Assembly: GCA_041686025.1 (NCBI GenBank)
Contig: JAWLEP010000060.1
Span: 1-11,856 of the forward strand
Direction: 5' to 3'
Length of the DNA: 11,856 nucleotides
DNA from: Candidatus Fermentibacteraceae bacterium
GTDB taxonomy: Bacteria; Fermentibacterota; Fermentibacteria; Fermentibacterales; JCC-6
A program made the translations under genes and the position numbers. This document shows positions 1 through 5,774 of the stretch, one piece after another; the stretch's first letter is position 1; every line of letters starts with the position of its first letter. The notes below the pieces were generated by a model. The model was not told where the DNA came from. It saw only the letters and a list, made by a program, of their open reading frames with translations, and searched no databases.

Positions 1-333
1 TATGGCCAGCGCTATGATGATGGCGATGATGATGTTCACGAAGGGTATGAACATCAGTATGATCCACCATTCCGGCTTCTGGGCTATCTGAAGCATCACC
101 ACGAAGTTGTAGATGGGAATGATGCTGGCCCAGCCGGGCTTGCCGGCCTTGGTGAAGATCTTCCACATGGAGACTATCATCAGTACGCCGATTATGATTA
201 GCAGAATGGTCATCCCGGCGCCGAAGCCGGCGGCGGCTTCGTAGTCTCCGTCCCGGTATCCCTGCGCAGTCCCGATTCCGGTTACGGTCAGCAGCACCAT
301 GGCTATGGTCAGCAGACCCAGGCATCTCTTCAT
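1..333 (-). CDS. DUF5684-like membrane protein, paralogue 1 (3' end truncated by the window edge; not in the supplied ORF track)
   Basis: Manual translation from ATG at 333: MKRCLGLLTIAMVLLTVTGIGTAQGYRDGDYEAAAGFGAGMTILLIIIGVLMIVSMWKIFTKAGKPGWASIIPIYNFVVMLQIAQKPEWWIILMFIPFVNIIIAIIIALAI, 111 codons with no stop. WKIFxKAGxPGWAxIIPIYN is the signature I recognise for DUF5684. Purine-rich GGAAGGGACCGGAG lies just upstream of the ATG. Confidence 0.88.
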   Translation of the reverse strand, partial: MKRCLGLLTIAMVLLTVTGIGTAQGYRDGDYEAAAGFGAGMTILLIIIGVLMIVSMWKIFTKAGKPGWASIIPIYNFVVMLQIAQKPEWWIILMFIPFVNIIIAIIIALAI

Positions 334-365
334 TACTCCGGTCCCTTCCGTTTGACGGTTTCGCA

Positions 366-884
366 TCAGGGCCGGGTGACCCCGGTGATCTCTCCCGATG
401 CCTTCTGCGGCTCCCTGTAGGATGCGTCTCCGAATGCCAGTATCGGATAGAAGACGAACGGGAGCAGTATAAGTCCGATGGCGAATATCTCCTCCCTGTC
501 GAACACCTTTGCCAGATCTATGTTGAGGAGCACGCTCACTCCCAGGTTCACCGGGGGTATGAAGACCAGCACTATCCACCAGTCCGGCCGGCCGACAATC
601 CTGAGCATGATCAGCTTGTTGTATATCGGTATGATGGCGGCCCATCCCGGCTGGCCGGCCTTTTCGAAGATCTTCCACTTGGCCACCACAACCAGGATGA
701 CCGTACCCAGCGCCAGCAGGGCGAGGACGGCGAAGACCCCCAGCATCAGGAAGCCGATCTCCTCAGGGAGAGTGTCTTTGGAATAGCGGTAGGTTTCTGC
801 CGCACAGGGCGAGGACAGCACCAGGGCCGATACTGGCGCCACCCCTGCGGATATCCATCCCGGCATTCGACGGAATTGCTTCAT
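366..884 (-). CDS. DUF5684-like membrane protein, paralogue 2 (172 aa)
   Basis: Part of ORF 366..1214. Start reassigned to ATG at 884 (MKQFRRMPGW...), preceded by AGGGGGAAAC and a good promoter at 906-934. Contains WKIFEKAGQPGWAAIIPIYN...WW...IPPVN...DLAKVF...GLILLPFVFYPILAFGDASY. The N-terminus is signal-peptide-like (LVLSSPCAA). Confidence 0.88.
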   Translation of the reverse strand: MKQFRRMPGWISAGVAPVSALVLSSPCAAETYRYSKDTLPEEIGFLMLGVFAVLALLALGTVILVVVAKWKIFEKAGQPGWAAIIPIYNKLIMLRIVGRPDWWIVLVFIPPVNLGVSVLLNIDLAKVFDREEIFAIGLILLPFVFYPILAFGDASYREPQKASGEITGVTRP

Positions 885-1111
885 GTTTCCCCCTGCGGCT
901 GGTCTATTATAGATGCAGCCGTGGCTGCTGAAAACCGAGACCGGCGGGAGCGGCCGCCCATTCCCCGTACGTCGGAGCTCGAAGGGCCGGAGGGCGTCGT
1001 CGTCCTTGTGCGGGTATCCATGGCCAGCACTCCGGTCCGGCCTTTCTCCACTGTGGCCATAAGGGACCCGGGGCCCTTCCTCTCCGGGGCCGGCACCTCT
1101 CTGCTTCCCAT
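881..1111 (-). CDS. Possible small hypothetical protein or leader ORF (76 aa)
   Basis: SD-like GGGGAGGG about 5 nt before the ATG at 1111. Its TGA overlaps the ATG of the DUF5684 gene (ATGA). No recognisable domain; several frames are open here and the ORF overlaps a predicted promoter. Confidence 0.25.
   Translation of the reverse strand: MGSREVPAPERKGPGSLMATVEKGRTGVLAMDTRTRTTTPSGPSSSDVRGMGGRSRRSRFSAATAASIIDQPQGET
906..934 (-). promoter_or_regulatory. Sigma70-type promoter for the DUF5684 genes
   Basis: The minus strand reads TTTTCA (934-929), 17 bp, TATAAT (911-906, perfect -10), about 20 nt upstream of the ATG at 884. Confidence 0.6.
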
Positions 1112-1197
1112 ATGAGCCCTCCCCGAGAAAGGGATTCCTTAGTGACAGGGGCGGAATATACACATTCCCTTCGGCACCCGGGGAGTTTCGGCAGCCT

Positions 1198-1225
1198 TTG
1201 CGGACAGGGCTCACCCTTATAGAAT
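1198..1225 (+). promoter_or_regulatory. Putative sigma70-type promoter for the helicase gene
   Basis: TTGCGG (1198-1203), 16 bp, TAGAAT (1220-1225). SD GGAGGAG at 1253-1259 precedes the ATG at 1262. Confidence 0.45.
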
Positions 1226-1261
1226 CACCTGACGAGCTTTCTGCGCTTTATCGGAGGAGCT

Positions 1262-3205
1262 ATGGACCTGAACGCCCAGCAGCGAAGAGCCGTGGAGCAC
1301 CAGGGCTCGCACGTCCTGGTGCTGGCGGGAGCCGGAACCGGCAAGACCCTGACCATCATAGCCAGGGCCGCCTGGCTGCTGGAGGGCGGGGCGGACCCCG
1401 GCAGGATGCTTCTGCTCACCTTCACCAGGAGGGCGGCAAGGGAGATGATCTCCCGGCTGCGGTCCGAGGTGGGCGCCGGGGCCGAGCATGTCATGGCCGG
1501 CACCTTTCACCACTTCTGCCTGCTCACCATGCGCAGGATGCCGCGGCAGTTCGGCATCGAGGACGCCACGGTGATCGACCGCGACGACCAGGTACAGCTC
1601 ATGAGGATAGCCAGGGCCGGATTCCGCAAAAAGGGCGAGCGCTTTCCGCAGGCGGCGAAGATAGTGAGCGCCGCCTCCTACGCCCGGAACACCAACATGC
1701 CCGTCCGGGAGTACCTGGAGAGGTACACCGACTTCGACGACGACGTTCTGGACAGGGTGGTGGACTGCGTGGGGGAGTACAGCCGGCGCAAGACCGAGAG
1801 CCGCTACCTGGACTTCGACGACATACTCTTCCGCTTCGCCAGGATGCTCCACCAGTCACGGGAGGTCAGGGAGAAGCTGCGGGGGCTCTACGACCACATC
1901 CTGGTGGACGAGATGCAGGACACCAACCCGCTGCAGTGGCTGATACTCGACGGGCTGCGGGACCCGGCGGAGCTGTTCTGCGTGGGGGACGACGCCCAGA
2001 GCATATACGCCTTCAGGGGTGCCGACTTCCGCAACGTCCACTCCTTCACCGAGCGGCTGCCCGGCTCCACGGTGCTGCGCCTGGAGCGGAACTACAGGTC
2101 CACCCAGGAGATACTGGACCTGGCCAACTGGCTGCTGGCGGAGAGCCCCCTGGACTACAGCAAGCACCTGGAGGCGGCCAGGGGGGAGGGGGCGATGCCG
2201 CGCCTCATCGACTTCGGAGACGCCCTGGACGAGGCCCACTGGATAACCGACGACATACTGGAGAGGCACGAGACCGGCACCCCCTGGTCGGACCAGATGG
2301 TGATAACACGCAGCGCATACGCGGCCAGGCAGCTGGAGGCGGCCTTGGTGGAGCGCAGGGTGCCCTACAGGTTCATCGGGGGCACCCAGCTCTTCGCCGC
2401 CGCCCACGTAAAGGACCTGCTGTGCATGATCCGGGCAGCCGTCAGCCACCTCGACGAGCTGGCCTGGATGCGCTACCTGACCATGTGGCGCGGCATCGGG
2501 GACGTCACCGCCGCCCGGGTGGTAGACGGGCTGAGGGCCTGCGCGGACGGGGAGGAGGCGGCGGGCTGGCTTCGGGAGGTCTGGGACCGCCAGCAGCGGA
2601 TCCTGGAGGGACTGGAGCTGGTGGCCGAGAGCGCCGACAGCCCCGAGAGGGTTGTCCGGCGCTGCCGCGACTTCCTGGAGCCGCTGATGGAGGCCCGGTA
2701 TCCCAACTGGGACTCCAGGTCGAGGGACATAGACCTGCTGGCCCGTCTGGCCCGGGGCCACCGGTCGGTCCGCGGCTTCCTCGAGACATACACCATGGAC
2801 CCGGTGAGCCGCACCGATGCCCGCAGGCTGGAGGAGGAGGACGTGGTCACCCTGGTAACCGCCCACAGCGCCAAGGGCACGGAGTCTCCGGTGGTCTACC
2901 TTATCAGGGTGGAGCCCAACGTGTACCCCCACGTCCGAAGCCTGGGGAGCGCGGACGACGAGGAGGAGGAGAGGCGTGTCCTCTACGTGGGCATGACCCG
3001 CGCCCGGGACGAGCTGATACTGACCAGGTCCTGCTGCTGGGGCGGAAGGACCGTCTTCTGGGGAGGCGCTACCGCGGCCCATTCCTCAGGGGGTACAGCC
3101 TACTTTCTCCACGGCCTCCCCGACGGCCTGGCAAGGCGGGAGGCAGGCTTCCGCGAAGGCGCGGATCCGGGCGGGGAGACCATAACGTCCTGGCGGGAGG
3201 GCTAG
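1262..3205 (+). CDS. ATP-dependent DNA helicase, UvrD/PcrA/Rep family (SF1A), 647 aa
   Basis: All SF1A motifs are visible: Q motif LNAQQ, Walker A AGAGTGKT, Ia TFTRRAA, TFH, Walker B VDEMQD, III VGDDAQSIYAFRGA, IV LERNYRS, V TAHSAKGTE, VI EEERRVLYVGMTRAR. Strong SD. The exact orthologue (uvrD, pcrA or a paralogue) cannot be resolved by eye. Confidence 0.96.
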   Translation: MDLNAQQRRAVEHQGSHVLVLAGAGTGKTLTIIARAAWLLEGGADPGRMLLLTFTRRAAREMISRLRSEVGAGAEHVMAGTFHHFCLLTMRRMPRQFGIEDATVIDRDDQVQLMRIARAGFRKKGERFPQAAKIVSAASYARNTNMPVREYLERYTDFDDDVLDRVVDCVGEYSRRKTESRYLDFDDILFRFARMLHQSREVREKLRGLYDHILVDEMQDTNPLQWLILDGLRDPAELFCVGDDAQSIYAFRGADFRNVHSFTERLPGSTVLRLERNYRSTQEILDLANWLLAESPLDYSKHLEAARGEGAMPRLIDFGDALDEAHWITDDILERHETGTPWSDQMVITRSAYAARQLEAALVERRVPYRFIGGTQLFAAAHVKDLLCMIRAAVSHLDELAWMRYLTMWRGIGDVTAARVVDGLRACADGEEAAGWLREVWDRQQRILEGLELVAESADSPERVVRRCRDFLEPLMEARYPNWDSRSRDIDLLARLARGHRSVRGFLETYTMDPVSRTDARRLEEEDVVTLVTAHSAKGTESPVVYLIRVEPNVYPHVRSLGSADDEEEERRVLYVGMTRARDELILTRSCCWGGRTVFWGGATAAHSSGGTAYFLHGLPDGLARREAGFREGADPGGETITSWREG

Positions 3206-3244
3206 ACTCACCGAATTCTATACCTTGAACATAGGTATTATTAC

Positions 3245-3273
3245 TTGACATCCAGGAATCATGTCTCCAATAT
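3245..3273 (+). promoter_or_regulatory. Putative sigma70-type promoter for the deacetylase/T9SS-cargo gene
   Basis: Perfect TTGACA (3245-3250), 17 bp, CAATAT (3268-3273; a weak -10 that keeps A-11 and T-7), in an AT-rich intergenic stretch. Confidence 0.5.
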
Positions 3274-3324
3274 GTAACCGAAACATTGATGTCCCTGGAA
3301 GGTGGCCCCCCGCCACACCAACGA

Positions 3325-3350
3325 ATCACCTCCTTCCATTACGAGGAGGT
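3325..3350 (+). promoter_or_regulatory. SD-sequestering hairpin (anti-SD/SD)
   Basis: ACCTCCT (3328-3334) is the exact reverse complement of the SD AGGAGGT (3344-3350), with a 9-nt loop, 4 nt before the ATG at 3355. Confidence 0.55.
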
Positions 3351-3354
3351 AACC

Positions 3355-5610
3355 ATGTTGCTCATGGCCATTCTCTCCACCGTTCTGGCCGGCCAGCTGC
3401 CCGTCCCCGCCGGCGACTCGAATCCCGATACACTGGACAACGGTCAGTTCCGGGCCGTCATCACGCCCGTGGGAGACGGCTCCCGGGCCGGCAGCGTCCT
3501 GGAGCTGGTCGACCTGGAGACGGGCACTGACTTCGCCGCGGGGGGCGACTACGCCAGCGTTCACTGCGGCGACTTCGTCCCCCAGGACGGCGCGCTGATA
3601 GAGCATAGTCCCACCAGGGCCACCTTCGTGTCGGTGGCCATGGTGGACCCCAGCACCCGGGAGACGCTCCCCGTCGCCCTGATGGTGGATTTCCGCCTGG
3701 TGGGAAGGGGCATGGAGGTCTCGTACACCGTTACCACCACCGGAACCGTGGAGTTCGCCGAGCCGCTGGAGGCCGTCTTCGGCCTCAGCCCCTACCTCGG
3801 AGGCTCGGTACGCTTTGCCAACCAGACGGTGAGCAACGACAGGACCAACAGCCTGGACGGTCAGCACACGGAGGTCTTCCGGGTCTCCGGCGACCAGGAG
3901 GTCCATCTGTCCGGCGGGGGATGCCCCGTGGACATGACCTACCTCTTCCCCAACCCGGCCAAGGCCCTGATCGGACTCTCCCGCGAGGCCTGGCCGGAGA
4001 ACGAGCACCTGATACTGCGGTTCTTCGACGTCCACGAGACGCAGAACTGCTGCGTCAGCCCCGAGCTCTACTCCCGGGCGGGGCCGGGGAACACCAGCAC
4101 CCATTACGTCAGGATGGCGGCCGGTGACTCCCAGTGCCCCGTCTACTTCTCCAACCATCCCCACATGTGGGAGAGAACCGCCAGCTGGATACTGGACGAC
4201 ATTCCCCTGGTCCATCCCGAGCAGGGGGACATGTGGAGCTTCTCGGTGGACTCCAGCGGGCCGGAGATAGTCACCGCCAGGATAATCAAGCTGCTGCAGG
4301 AGCATCCATCCATGAACATGAACATCGTGATACTGGCCGACGGCATCCTGGCCGAGAACTGCGACTCCATGTGGTACGAGCCGGGCTACGAGGACAGCTG
4401 GTCGCACTGGCACAGCACCTGGAGGATAGCCACCGAGGCTCCCGACGACTACAAGCAGTGGATGTGCAACATCCAGGACGACGTCTATCCCTGGGCCGAC
4501 AGGGTCAACCTCGGATGCCACGGCTACCACCACACTCCGAGTCCCGACTCCGCCTGGGACCCCCATCACGAGTTCATCACCCTGGAGTTCGCCGAGCACC
4601 AGGAACGCTTCGACGTGGTCTTCGACGACTACACGGCCATAGGCCTCGATGCCCAGGAGGCCATGCGCACCATCAGGCCACCGGGCAACAAGACCTCTCT
4701 CAGCGGCCTGTGGGCCATGGTGGACCACGGGTTCAAGTACCTCAGCAACGGCACCTATTACAACTACTGGGTGGGAGGCGAGTGGTTCTGGGACCTCTTC
4801 CTGACCCGGTACGAGACCCCGGACGGCCTGATGTGGGGAGCGAACACGGTATGGCGGGCGGACTGGTCGGCGATGATGGAGTACGAGAAGCTGGCCGCCG
4901 TAATGGAGAGGGGCAAGCACGGTCTTCTCCACGGGCACCCCATAGACATGTTCGCCTCGGGTCTTCCGGCGGCCTACCACAGGATCGACAGCGTCTGCAC
5001 GTCGCTCGAGGAGGACTACTCCAACTTCGGCTGGGTGATGCCCCTGGACTACGCCCATATGCTGGATGAGTGCTACGCCCTGAACGTGGACAGCATCCGC
5101 TGGTCAGACGGCTCTGCCTCCATCCACTTCAACGGCTCCACCTCCCGGGGACAGACGGTGGTCTGCAGGCTGCCGACGGACCCCATCAACCTGGATGTGC
5201 GAATTGACGGCGAGGCCGCGGACTGGGAGCAGTACGAGGGGTATCGCATCTTCGTGGATGCCGACAGCCTCTCCGCCGGCTCCCACGTGGTTCTGCTGGA
5301 ATGGGACAATCTGGGAATGGCGTTTCCGGGGGAGGACGGTTCCACCGAACTGACCATCGCGATGCCCAATCCCTGCAGCCGGACCCTGCCGGTTACGGTC
5401 GACGGCCTCCGGGAGTCGGGCTCCTGCAGGATCGACGTGCTGGATATGGCGGGAAGGCGGATCGTATCGGAACGCACGGCCGCCGGTGACCGGGGCAGCG
5501 CGTCCGCGGTGATTCAGCTACCTCCTGATACGCCCCCCGGCGTCTACCTGGTATGGGTACGGGCCGGGGAGCTGGCTGCCTCGCGGAAGCTGGTTCTGCT
5601 GAGCCGGTAG
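3355..5610 (+). CDS. Secreted polysaccharide-deacetylase-like (CE4/NodB-type) protein with T9SS type-A-like C-terminal sorting domain, 751 aa
   Basis: Start reassigned from 3286 to ATG 3355 on the basis of SD GAGGAGGT and a signal-peptide-like MLLMAILSTVLA. CE4-like motifs occur in order: ILDD (4189-4200), HGYHH (4519-4533), HEF, RPPG (4675-4686), LLHGH (4924-4938). The C-terminus MPNP...IDVLDMAGRRI...PPGVYLVWV...SRKLVLL matches the T9SS/Por CTD pattern (PNP, DxxGR, GxY, K-hydrophobic end). Confidence 0.8.
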   Translation: MLLMAILSTVLAGQLPVPAGDSNPDTLDNGQFRAVITPVGDGSRAGSVLELVDLETGTDFAAGGDYASVHCGDFVPQDGALIEHSPTRATFVSVAMVDPSTRETLPVALMVDFRLVGRGMEVSYTVTTTGTVEFAEPLEAVFGLSPYLGGSVRFANQTVSNDRTNSLDGQHTEVFRVSGDQEVHLSGGGCPVDMTYLFPNPAKALIGLSREAWPENEHLILRFFDVHETQNCCVSPELYSRAGPGNTSTHYVRMAAGDSQCPVYFSNHPHMWERTASWILDDIPLVHPEQGDMWSFSVDSSGPEIVTARIIKLLQEHPSMNMNIVILADGILAENCDSMWYEPGYEDSWSHWHSTWRIATEAPDDYKQWMCNIQDDVYPWADRVNLGCHGYHHTPSPDSAWDPHHEFITLEFAEHQERFDVVFDDYTAIGLDAQEAMRTIRPPGNKTSLSGLWAMVDHGFKYLSNGTYYNYWVGGEWFWDLFLTRYETPDGLMWGANTVWRADWSAMMEYEKLAAVMERGKHGLLHGHPIDMFASGLPAAYHRIDSVCTSLEEDYSNFGWVMPLDYAHMLDECYALNVDSIRWSDGSASIHFNGSTSRGQTVVCRLPTDPINLDVRIDGEAADWEQYEGYRIFVDADSLSAGSHVVLLEWDNLGMAFPGEDGSTELTIAMPNPCSRTLPVTVDGLRESGSCRIDVLDMAGRRIVSERTAAGDRGSASAVIQLPPDTPPGVYLVWVRAGELAASRKLVLLSR

Positions 5611-5626
5611 CGGCGGGGCTCCTTAT

Positions 5627-5656
5627 TTGACACGGCTCCTTCGTTGGAGCTATCGT
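5627..5656 (+). promoter_or_regulatory. Putative sigma70-type promoter for the ligase/sulfotransferase genes
   Basis: Perfect TTGACA (5627-5632), 18 bp, TATCGT (5651-5656). Confidence 0.5.
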
Positions 5657-5774
5657 CACCAGTTGCCGCAGCGCCATGGGCGGTGCCAGCCGGTGGGCCT
5701 GCGGCGCTCACTACGAGAGTCTGTCGTTCCCTGCGGGGCCGGTCCCCGCGCACAGGTGCCGGGAGAGACCTTCT

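Noticed and set aside
885..1214. 110-aa N-terminal extension of ORF 366..1214
   Set aside because: It does not look like part of the family. The promoter and SD point to the start at 884.
1211..1260. ACCCTT...ACCTGACGAG resembling TPP riboswitch or hammerhead core fragments
   Set aside because: No CUGAGA or other TPP elements, and no stem II/GAAA for a hammerhead. The stretch is better explained as a promoter and short leader.
1198..3228. 676-aa plus-strand ORF overlapping the helicase, and similar alternate-frame ORFs (4134..5069, 5807..7228, 7075..8121)
   Set aside because: Arg/Gly/Pro-rich composition typical of off-frame translation of GC-rich genes. The motif-bearing frames explain the sequence.
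1222..3331. Shared 9-mer GAATCACCT upstream of both the helicase (1222-1230) and deacetylase (3323-3331) starts
   Set aside because: Each copy has another explanation (-10 box and anti-SD), the spacing to the start differs, and two copies are too few to define a motif.
3325..3335. ATCACCTCCTT as a 16S rRNA 3' end
   Set aside because: There is no flanking rRNA sequence. Treated as an anti-SD element instead.
5603..5614. GCCGGTAGCGGC resembling the ops element (GGCGGTAGCGTG) upstream of polysaccharide genes
   Set aside because: Only 9 of 12 positions match, it overlaps the upstream stop codon, and it lies before the predicted internal promoter.
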